Origin: Sedimentisphaerales bacterium | Lineage (GTDB): Bacteria; Planctomycetota; Phycisphaerae; Sedimentisphaerales; Anaerobacaceae | DNA: 62,294 bases | Reading direction: 5' to 3' | NCBI GenBank assembly: GCA_049643445.1 | Contig: JBARPZ010000362.1 | Coordinates: 1 to 62,294 of the forward strand | Shown: positions 55,276 through 62,294 of the stretch, piece by piece | Layout of the letters: each line of letters opens with the position of its first letter | Position numbering within the stretch: position 1 is the stretch's first letter | Made by a program: the position numbers and the translations under genes | The notes under the pieces: model-generated | What the model was told of the DNA's origin: nothing | What the model saw: only the letters and a program-made list of their open reading frames with translations | Databases searched by the model: none

Positions 55276-56316
55276 TTATTTGAGCGACTCAGATTTAGCC
55301 CGCTCTGCGGATCGTGCCACGCGGAAGCCAATGAAACCCATCTGAGGAAACCACCACTTACTTTTCGGTACCTGCGGGTCCATATAACGCCAAAAGGGTT
55401 CCTCGAATAACCTTGCGGCGCAGCGCAGTTCATCGGTGGGACTTTGCCATGAGCCGCCTCGGGCCACGTGCACCCTGCCTTGTTTTGGGCCCTTTGGATT
55501 CAAGGCCGGGGAGTTCTTTGACGCGGCGACATAGGCGGTTGGTTGGTAGAAGTCGTAAACCCATTCAAGCACATTACCATGCATGTCGTAGAGGCCCCAG
55601 GGATTGGGCTTCTTTTTAGCGACCTCGTGGGTAGTCTGTTCGGAATTGTCTTCGAACCAGGCGTAGTCTGTGAGATGGTTCGGGTCGTTGCCGAAAAAGT
55701 ATGCAGTTTCAGTGCCTGCCCGGGCGGCGTATTCCCATTCGGCTTCGGTTGGCAGACGATACTTGTTTCCTGTCTTTTTAGACAGCCATCTGCAGAACGT
55801 CATGGCGTTGTGCCAGGTCATTGCAATTGCGGGGTGCGTTCCTGCGCCCATGCCCATTGTCGCGTCGCCATAGATGGGTGAAGGCCCGGTAATAGCGTCT
55901 ACATCTTTTTCCTTTGCGACTTGGCCCCTGTCTCTCTGTACCGTTTCTTCGTAGTAAGCATCAAAAAACAACTCAAAGGTGGTCTCCGTCGTGCAGAGGT
56001 AAAAAGGCTCAATGCTAACCTCGTGCTGCGGGCCTTCGTTGTCCTTACGGCCTGCCTCCTTATTCAGGCTTCCCATCGTAAACTTTCCGCCGGGAATGAG
56101 CACCATCTCAAAGGTAAACTTTCCACCGATCGCGGAAGTGACGGTCTCAGTGTACTTGTTGGTAAGCCCGGACGCAGAAGTTGACGACGCGATAGTACCT
56201 GCACTAATCGGAGCAATAATATTGGCCGGAGCCAGGGTATTTTCGGCTAAGCATAAAACACCTGTGGCCACTACGATAACCGCCACAAAGATACGAAAGT
56301 TACTTAAACGTTTCAT
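55276..56316 (-). CDS. formylglycine-generating enzyme (SUMF1/FGE) family protein
   Basis: I moved the start to ATG 56316 (MKRLSNFRIFVAVIVVATGVLCLA signal). It has EAEWEYAARAG, GLYDMHGNVLEWVYD and RGGSW. Confidence 0.8.
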   Translation of the reverse strand: MKRLSNFRIFVAVIVVATGVLCLAENTLAPANIIAPISAGTIASSTSASGLTNKYTETVTSAIGGKFTFEMVLIPGGKFTMGSLNKEAGRKDNEGPQHEVSIEPFYLCTTETTFELFFDAYYEETVQRDRGQVAKEKDVDAITGPSPIYGDATMGMGAGTHPAIAMTWHNAMTFCRWLSKKTGNKYRLPTEAEWEYAARAGTETAYFFGNDPNHLTDYAWFEDNSEQTTHEVAKKKPNPWGLYDMHGNVLEWVYDFYQPTAYVAASKNSPALNPKGPKQGRVHVARGGSWQSPTDELRCAARLFEEPFWRYMDPQVPKSKWWFPQMGFIGFRVARSAERAKSESLK

Positions 56317-56640
56317 AGTAAGAGCCCTCAAATATACTAATGACGTTATTTTTATATTAGCGTTTGCCTGGCTGCCATAGCAGCCAGGCTTCACCATACA
56401 TATAATTGCGCAATAGGCTCTTATGTTACATCAATTTGGAAAAAAACCTGCTTAGGCCCGTATTTTTCGTACTTTCTGTTCAACTTGTAGCTGGACGACA
56501 TGCCGGCCGACAGGCTTAGGCCCCTTTTAGCCTTATTGTAAACCACGTGCCCATAACTCAAAAAACGGTCTCGCATCGGGAAGGGAAAGTGTTCTACGCG
56601 TGGGTACGGCTGTAATTTAGTTTTCAATTTTGAGTATTGA

Positions 56641-56687
56641 ATTTTGAATTGAAGAAGTGGATTCCTGCCTTTGCGGAAATGACAGAT
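56641..56687 (+). repeat. short intergenic word repeat (copy 2)
   Basis: AATTTTGAATTGAAGAAGTGGATTCCTGCCTTTGCGGAAATGACA contains the small hairpin TTCC..GGAA. Confidence 0.5.
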
Positions 56688-56796
56688 AAAGAGAGATTGC
56701 CATCACCATGTTGCACTTGGGGCTGGCACTCCAGGAAAGAATTTAGAATTGGTTTATTAGGTTATCAGAAGCGGAGAAGAGTTGGTGGAGAGTTTT

Positions 56797-57309
56797 TTAG
56801 AGGGTTCTTTTGTACTTGCGTTTTATGAGGGCAATTGCGGTTGCGGCGATGGCTTCTCCGGCGCCGATGTCGCCGAGGCCTTCATTTGTCTTGGCCTTAA
56901 CGTTAACTGCGTTAAAATCGATGCCGAGGAGGCTCGCGATGCAGCGTTTTATCTGAGGCTTTACGGAGCCAAGATAAGGCTCCTCGGCGTGTATTATTAA
57001 ATCAATGTTGACAATTAGCCATCGTTGTTCGGCGAGCATTTCCTTGGCGATAAACAAAAACTCCTTGCTGTCGACATCTTCCCACTTTGGTTCGGTGTCG
57101 GGAAAATGCGACCCTATATCGCCCATTCCGGCTGCGCCGAGGAGTGCATCGACGACGGCATGTAAAACAACGTCGCCGTCGCTGTAGCCTGCGAGGCCAT
57201 CGGCATCAGGGACATATACGCCGCCGAGCATGAGCCTGCGTGTATCATCCACGCAGTGGATATCGGTTCCGATACCTGTTCGATATTCGTGGTCGTGTTC
57301 TTCGATCAC
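56797..57309 (-). CDS. ispF: 2-C-methyl-D-erythritol 2,4-cyclodiphosphate synthase
   Basis: It has GIGTDIHCV...GYSDGDVVLHAVVDALLGAAGMGDIGSHFPD. The GTG start overlaps the hisB stop (GTGA). Confidence 0.9.
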   Translation of the reverse strand: MIEEHDHEYRTGIGTDIHCVDDTRRLMLGGVYVPDADGLAGYSDGDVVLHAVVDALLGAAGMGDIGSHFPDTEPKWEDVDSKEFLFIAKEMLAEQRWLIVNIDLIIHAEEPYLGSVKPQIKRCIASLLGIDFNAVNVKAKTNEGLGDIGAGEAIAATAIALIKRKYKRTL

Positions 57310-57890
57310 AATTGTCCCTTTGTGCTGGGGACATCCGTCCCAACGATTTTAACCGCTGCGGCAAGTGCCTGGCCGAGTCCTTTGAAAATGGCCTCTGCGA
57401 TGTGGTGACTGTTTGTGCCGTAGGGTACGTTTATATGGAGGTTGAATTTGCCGTTGTTCGAGAAGCTTCGGAGCATCTCTTCGAGGCACTCGACGTCGAA
57501 ATCGCCGATTTTGTCGCTCCTGTATTGGACATTATATATGCAGTTCGGCCTGCCGGACAAATCCACGGAGACATCGGCGAGGGTCTCTTCCATCGGTACG
57601 GAACTGTGGCCGTACCTGCTGATGCCTTTTTTATCGCCCAGGGCCTTTATGAGAGATTCGCCGAGGCATATCGCAACATCCTCAACAGTATGGTGGGCAT
57701 CGACATTCAAATCGCCTTTGGCCTTGACGTTGAGGTCGATTTTGCCGTGCTTGCTCAGGTGGGAGAGCATGTGGTCCAGGAAGCCGATGCCGGTATCAAT
57801 CTCGTATTTGCCGAGGCCATCCAAGTTAAGGTCAAGTGTGACGTCGGTTTCTTTTGTTTTCCTGTGAATCTTAGCTGTTCTGTCTGCCAT
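57306..57890 (-). CDS. hisB: imidazoleglycerol-phosphate dehydratase
   Basis: It has RKTKETDVTLDLNLDG, DAHHTVEDVAICLG and NSHHIAEAIFKGLG. Confidence 0.95.
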   Translation of the reverse strand: MADRTAKIHRKTKETDVTLDLNLDGLGKYEIDTGIGFLDHMLSHLSKHGKIDLNVKAKGDLNVDAHHTVEDVAICLGESLIKALGDKKGISRYGHSSVPMEETLADVSVDLSGRPNCIYNVQYRSDKIGDFDVECLEEMLRSFSNNGKFNLHINVPYGTNSHHIAEAIFKGLGQALAAAVKIVGTDVPSTKGQL

Positions 57891-58947
57891 GAGAAGGTCC
57901 TTTGCCTGATAAGATTTCCTTCAAAGTCAGGATGAGTTTGTCGTTTTGTTCGCTAGTACCGACCGTTATCCTGAGTTTATTATTTAGTAACGGAAGGTCA
58001 AAATACCTAATATAGATATTTTGCCGGGTCAGTTTTTCATAAATTTCTTTTGCTTCGCAGTTATTGCACTCGGCCAGGACGAAATTGGCGCTGCTCTTCG
58101 CGGCCTTGAATTTCAAAGCTCGCAGTTGTTCGATCAGTATGTCGCGGTCTCTTTTTACCTTTTCGACATTTTCTTTGAAATACTTTTGGTCTTTTATTGC
58201 GGCTGTGGCTACGGTGATAGCAAGAGCATTGACATTGTATGAGTCCTTGAGCTTCATTAGACCCGCTATCAAAGGCGGCTGGGCAATCGCATATCCGAAG
58301 CGGAGGCCCGCCAAGCCATAGCCTTTGCTCATCGAGCGAAGGATAATCACATTGTCAAAATCCTTAACCAGGTTTACGCAATTGTCATCTGCAAAATCTA
58401 TATAAGCCTCATCAATCAGCAATATGCCTTCCAATTCACCTGCAAAGGAGGCCAGCTCACCGGGTTCTACGAAAGTGGCACTCGGTGCGTTTGGATTACA
58501 AACGATAGTTAAGTTAGCACCGGTCGCGGCCAGTTTTGGGGGCAGATTGAACTCGGGGTCGAAGGGGACTTCAATCGCCTTGCAATTTTGCAGATTGGCG
58601 AGGACCGGATAAAGTGAATACGTAGGGACTGGATACGCGACAGGTCTGTTTTCATCGCAAAAAGCACGCAAGGCAATGGTAAGCAATTCGTCCCCGCCGT
58701 TGCAGCATAAGATATTGTCAGCAGAGACGCGGTGAACCTTGGCTGCGGCCTGGCGGAATTGCTCTCCGACGGGATCGGGGTATCGGCGAAGCTTTTCTGC
58801 ATCAATTTCTGCCAGCACCTTCATCACAGCAGGCGAAGGCGGGTAGGGATTCTCATTGGTGTTGAGCTTTAGCACGTCCGTTTGCTTCGGCTGAAAACCC
58901 GGCTCATAACCCTTTGCCTTTTCAATATTTTCCCTAAAATAACTCAT
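57871..58947 (-). CDS. hisC: histidinol-phosphate aminotransferase
   Basis: I moved the start to ATG 58947 (MSYFRENIEKAKGYEPG). The track ORF extends to 59277 through low-complexity sequence that overlaps the next gene. It has the PLP-Lys block RSMSKGYGLAGLRFGYA. Confidence 0.9.
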   Translation of the reverse strand: MSYFRENIEKAKGYEPGFQPKQTDVLKLNTNENPYPPSPAVMKVLAEIDAEKLRRYPDPVGEQFRQAAAKVHRVSADNILCCNGGDELLTIALRAFCDENRPVAYPVPTYSLYPVLANLQNCKAIEVPFDPEFNLPPKLAATGANLTIVCNPNAPSATFVEPGELASFAGELEGILLIDEAYIDFADDNCVNLVKDFDNVIILRSMSKGYGLAGLRFGYAIAQPPLIAGLMKLKDSYNVNALAITVATAAIKDQKYFKENVEKVKRDRDILIEQLRALKFKAAKSSANFVLAECNNCEAKEIYEKLTRQNIYIRYFDLPLLNNKLRITVGTSEQNDKLILTLKEILSGKGPSHGRQNS

Positions 58948-59053
58948 GTCAACTCCAAATACATTCCAAGCCTGGATTATACGGATATATGGTCGGGAGG
59001 GAAAGATTGATTTTACGATATTTACAGGATGATAACTAATACAGATCAGGAAC

Positions 59054-60223
59054 TTAATCGTAAAAACCGAACTGATAGGCGGCGTCAAAGAGGGCGAGGA
59101 TGTTTTCAGGGGAGACGCCGACCTGGATGTTATGGACATTATTGAATACGTAGCCGCCTCCCGGCTTGAATATTTCGATATTTTTTCGCACGTGCTCGGT
59201 GATTTCGGCAGGTTTGGCAAAGGGCAGGACGTGCTGGGCGTCGATGCCGCCGCCCCAGAAGACAATTTGACTGCCAAACATTTCTTTTAATTTTGCCGGC
59301 TCCATATTTACCAGGCCGATTTGGACGGGATTGAGAATGTCAATGCCATTGTCAATAAGGTCTGGAATGTATTCGTAACATGAACCGCAGGTATGATACC
59401 AGATTTTTGCATTGGTGAGGGACCTGATGTGTTGGACGAGTTTTTTTTGCCGAGGCTTTACTATTTTACGGTAAAAATCCGGAGAGAACAGAGGGCCGCT
59501 CTGGCCTGCGAGGTCGTCACCTATCATTACGATGTCAACGATGTCACCGAGTTCGGCCATGAAGCCGGTGTAATAATCGAGCCAGAATTTAAGGGTGTAG
59601 TCAAGGAGGGCCTGGCAAAAGGCGGGGGTTTCTATCATATCTATAAACCACTGTTCGAGGCCTCGCATGTACCAGCAATATTCATATACGACGCCGCCTA
59701 TGCCGGTCGATATGGCATACTGGGTATCGCTGCGTAATTGTAAGGCCTGCTGGCGAACTCCTGTAAAACGGGAAGCGTCACTGCCATCTGGGAAAGGATA
59801 ATTGTCGATGTCGGCGATTGTAGCGTTAGCTAAGGGATGATGTGAGATATCCATATAAAGGCCCTGGTCGTCAGGCATTGACCAGACGACGCCAAACTCG
59901 TCCTTTAGGTCGTGCCAGAGTTTGCCATTCCGAGTGTTCTGTTCAATTCCACCCTTGAAATCATCGGGGCCATGGGCGCAGATATAGCGAATATCAACCC
60001 GGAGACGTTTGAGGATTTCTTCGCTCGGTTTGGCAAGCTGCTGGACGGGGTCGAGGATTGTAATTTCTTCGGTGAGGCTTAGGTGAGAGAGTAATTCGAC
60101 GTAGGCTTTTTGATGTATGCCGGTCTGAAAGCCGCCGAGGTCAATGGGGACCCTGTCGGGGATTTGGTGATTGAGGGCTTTTATGACACGCTCTCTTGAA
60201 GTCATCGTCTCTTTATTTGCCAT
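59054..60223 (-). CDS. uroporphyrinogen decarboxylase (URO-D) family protein, MtaA/CmuA-like
   Basis: 389 aa. It has the N-terminal MTSRERVIKALNHQIPDRVPIDLGG; the length is also typical of URO-D-fold enzymes. The substrate is unknown. Confidence 0.7.
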   Translation of the reverse strand: MANKETMTSRERVIKALNHQIPDRVPIDLGGFQTGIHQKAYVELLSHLSLTEEITILDPVQQLAKPSEEILKRLRVDIRYICAHGPDDFKGGIEQNTRNGKLWHDLKDEFGVVWSMPDDQGLYMDISHHPLANATIADIDNYPFPDGSDASRFTGVRQQALQLRSDTQYAISTGIGGVVYEYCWYMRGLEQWFIDMIETPAFCQALLDYTLKFWLDYYTGFMAELGDIVDIVMIGDDLAGQSGPLFSPDFYRKIVKPRQKKLVQHIRSLTNAKIWYHTCGSCYEYIPDLIDNGIDILNPVQIGLVNMEPAKLKEMFGSQIVFWGGGIDAQHVLPFAKPAEITEHVRKNIEIFKPGGGYVFNNVHNIQVGVSPENILALFDAAYQFGFYD

Positions 60224-60268
60224 TTTCGATTCCTAAGTACAATATTCAACCAGTACCGGCTTTAAAAC

Positions 60269-61312
60269 TTACTTTCCAACCGATTCAAGGTAGTTTCCTA
60301 ATCCAACGACTAATGTTGAAGCGATGAGGACAAGGATACCGGCTAAAATAATTCGGTGGGTGCGTCGGCTGGTGCCCTTCCACTCGCGGAAAATCAGGCC
60401 CCAGATATTGCTGAAGACAATAATCAGGGCCATGAGGACGGTCCAGCTTGCGAAACTATATTTGCCCATTTTGGTTTTGCCCATTCCATAGAACATAAAC
60501 TGAAGATACCAGGTAATGCCGGCGAGGGCGGAAAAGATATAATTGTTGATGAGGGGGGTGCGGGTATCGATGTAATTTTTGGCCGAGCGATTTTTGATGT
60601 TCAGGAAAACGCACCAGATAAAGTTCGTTATAAAGCCCCCTGCAAAGATAACGATAAGAACGGGATTGTTCTGCCATAAAGGCGGGGCCTGGTTCTCTAC
60701 GGCAAGCTCGGCGATTGGTTCTCCGGCAGTGAAGCCAAATTCCATGCAGGCGCTCATTATGCCTGCAAATATTGCGACGAGAAGGCCTTTGAAAAAGTTG
60801 AATTCTTTAATGGTTTGTTTCTTTTTTTCGTCCGACAGCTCTTTTTCTTTTGATATACCTGCCCAGCCGCAGATTGCTATACCGACGAGACAGACAAGAA
60901 CGCCGGCCAGTGTTGTCAATCCGGAGATGCTGGTTATTAGTTCGCCGAAAGTGCCCTGGTAAATTGGAGGGACAATCGTTCCGAAAGCCGCGCAAAAGCC
61001 CAGCGCAATCGCGTACCCAAGTGACATGCCGAGATAGCGCATCGAGAGGCCAAAGGTCAGGCCGCCGATGCCCCATAACAAGCCAAAAAGGAAGGTCCAG
61101 AAAATGCTGGAAGCGGGGGCTTCGCGGAGAACCAGGCACAGTGCCGGCACAGTTAGAAACGCGATGAGCCAGGGCATGATAATCCAGGAAAAGAGGCCAT
61201 TTACGAGCCAGTAACTTTCCCATGCCCAGCTTCGTACCTTTTTGAAGGGGATGTAGAAACTTCCAGCAGCAAAACCTCCCAGAGTAATTAATAAAAGGCC
61301 TAAAATGGTCAT
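60269..61312 (-). CDS. rhaT: L-rhamnose/H+ symporter family transporter
   Basis: 347 aa with about 10 TM helices. YIPFKKVRSWAWESYWLVNGLFSWIIMPW, MRYLGMSLGYAI and WYLQFMFYGMG closely parallel E. coli RhaT blocks as I recall them. Confidence 0.8.
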   Translation of the reverse strand: MTILGLLLITLGGFAAGSFYIPFKKVRSWAWESYWLVNGLFSWIIMPWLIAFLTVPALCLVLREAPASSIFWTFLFGLLWGIGGLTFGLSMRYLGMSLGYAIALGFCAAFGTIVPPIYQGTFGELITSISGLTTLAGVLVCLVGIAICGWAGISKEKELSDEKKKQTIKEFNFFKGLLVAIFAGIMSACMEFGFTAGEPIAELAVENQAPPLWQNNPVLIVIFAGGFITNFIWCVFLNIKNRSAKNYIDTRTPLINNYIFSALAGITWYLQFMFYGMGKTKMGKYSFASWTVLMALIIVFSNIWGLIFREWKGTSRRTHRIILAGILVLIASTLVVGLGNYLESVGK

Positions 61313-61456
61313 AATAAAACTTCCTTTGTCTTTTTATTCGAATACGTTTTCAGACCAATTATTATAGACCTTATCCGCTATACTGCCAAACTCAATTCCA
61401 GAAAACCAAATACGTTTAAAATGTTCGAGGTCTGCAATTGTCACCGGCACAAAAGA

Positions 61457-62294
61457 TCAGGTTAGGGAATTATAGACGCGGCGGATGGTGTCAATGATAT
61501 AGTCGTTGATGCGCGGGGTGTACTTTGCGCCGACGCGGACCTGAACGAAACGGTCGAATATATCGAGGGTTTGTCGGCAAGTGTCCGGGCCGTATTTGAT
61601 TTTCTTTCCTTCGGGGCTGTTAAACGAAGGCCAGTTCGGATGCCTGGCTCGTTTGTTAATTACGGATTCCTGGACGGGCAGCAGGACGGAGCCGGTCAGG
61701 GTGGATGCGGGGACTTTTCGCTGTCTCAATTGGCGGATGCAGAGGTCGCGGGTTGCTTTATCTTTGGTTTCGAAATAGACGCCATAACCAATGTCACCAT
61801 CCGGGTCTGGGCGGTAGCGGAGGCGAATGCCGGGGAGGGTTTTAATGCCATTATATATGGCCCGGGCATTGCTGCGCAACTGAGCGAGCATTGAATTGAG
61901 CTTGGACAACTGGGCCCCGATGACGGCGCCGGTAAACTCACTCATCCTGAAGTTTTCGCCAGCAAAAGTTTGTACCCGGCTGGGGCCCGAACGGTCGAGA
62001 AAGAGCCGGCGTATCGTGCCCATATCGTGGAAGCGCGCGGACCGTTCGTAAATGATGGGGTCGTTTGTTACGAGCGCACCGCCCTCGCCGGAGGTAATCA
62101 TTTTGTTTACCTGAAAACTATAAATTCCCACGTCACCAATGGAGCCCAGAGTCTTTTTGCTGAAAGAACCGCCTACACACTGGGCGCAATCCTCGAGGAC
62201 GGCGACACTATTTTTACGTGCGGTCTCCATAATAGGGGCCATATCGCAGGGACCGCCGAGCAGGTGGACGGCAATGACGGCTTTTGTGCGGGGA
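61457..62294 (-). CDS. DegT/DnrJ/EryC1/StrS-family PLP aminotransferase, with the 5' end outside the window
   Basis: The reading frame stays open to the window edge (...KAVIAVHLLGGPCDMAPIMETARKNSVAVLEDCAQ). The PLP-Lys block is YSFQVNKMITSGEGGAL. Confidence 0.8.
   Translation of the reverse strand, partial: PRTKAVIAVHLLGGPCDMAPIMETARKNSVAVLEDCAQCVGGSFSKKTLGSIGDVGIYSFQVNKMITSGEGGALVTNDPIIYERSARFHDMGTIRRLFLDRSGPSRVQTFAGENFRMSEFTGAVIGAQLSKLNSMLAQLRSNARAIYNGIKTLPGIRLRYRPDPDGDIGYGVYFETKDKATRDLCIRQLRQRKVPASTLTGSVLLPVQESVINKRARHPNWPSFNSPEGKKIKYGPDTCRQTLDIFDRFVQVRVGAKYTPRINDYIIDTIRRVYNSLT

Noticed and set aside
56421-56627. 68-aa minus-strand ORF between the FGE-like gene and ispF
   Set aside because: There is no recognisable domain, and it sits in a repeat-containing spacer. 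The evidence that it is coding is insufficient.
57240-57935. 231-aa plus-strand ORF across the ispF/hisB junction, and similar long antisense ORFs in glgP (e.g. 49645-50304, 50710-51282) and pgpA (205-714)
   Set aside because: They overlap genes with unambiguous enzyme motifs on the other strand, and no independent evidence supports them.
58948-59277. N-terminal 110-codon extension of the hisC ORF in the ORF track
   Set aside because: The extension is Ser/Pro-rich low-complexity sequence overlapping the 3' end of the URO-D-family gene. The canonical HisC N-terminus begins at Met111 (ATG 58947).

Overview
This 62.3-kb chromosomal window is about 50% G+C by eye. Its gene content looks like a PVC-superphylum bacterium, most like Planctomycetota/Phycisphaerae. 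It has many signal-peptide CAZymes (GH81, a discoidin-domain glycosidase, a PhoD phosphatase), plus LamG, HEAT-repeat, FGE/SUMF1-type and TAT-signal Gfo/Idh/MocA proteins.

Housekeeping blocks are clear:
- pgpA
- purA-uppS-cdsA-phoH-(7TM-HD)-ybeY-corC
- recO, ruvAB, glgP, cysS-ruvC
- ispF-hisB-hisC
- rhaT, and a DegT-type aminotransferase cut by the window edge

Accessory or unusual content:
1. A lower-GC ECF sigma/anti-sigma pair sits next to a minimal pseudopilus cluster at 3.6-12.5 kb. The cluster has one ATPase, two platform-like proteins, three pseudopilins and a 640-aa secreted protein. No secretin or prepilin peptidase is present.
2. A four-gene, nuclease-rich island at 13.4-16.8 kb is embedded in repeat-laden non-coding DNA. 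It encodes a TM protein, a NucS-like PD-(D/E)xK protein with a RAMA-like tail, a GIY-YIG protein, and a protein with a restriction-endonuclease-like C-terminus. It has no methyltransferase, ATPase or integrase. This is my best candidate for an undescribed (defence-type) system.
3. Several intergenic repeat families are present:
   - A ~0.5-kb element occurs as an inverted pair 27 kb apart and carries 10-11-bp phased tandem arrays.
   - A 61-nt module sits exactly 92 nt upstream of two consecutive CAZyme genes.
   - A three-copy ~115-nt repeat has a conserved hairpin.
4. An extremely acidic PE-rich repeat protein with a zinc ribbon and a membrane tail lies downstream of ruvAB.

I could not recognise any rRNA, tRNA, CRISPR array, transposase or integrase. 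All functional calls come from motif recognition by eye. No searches were run.
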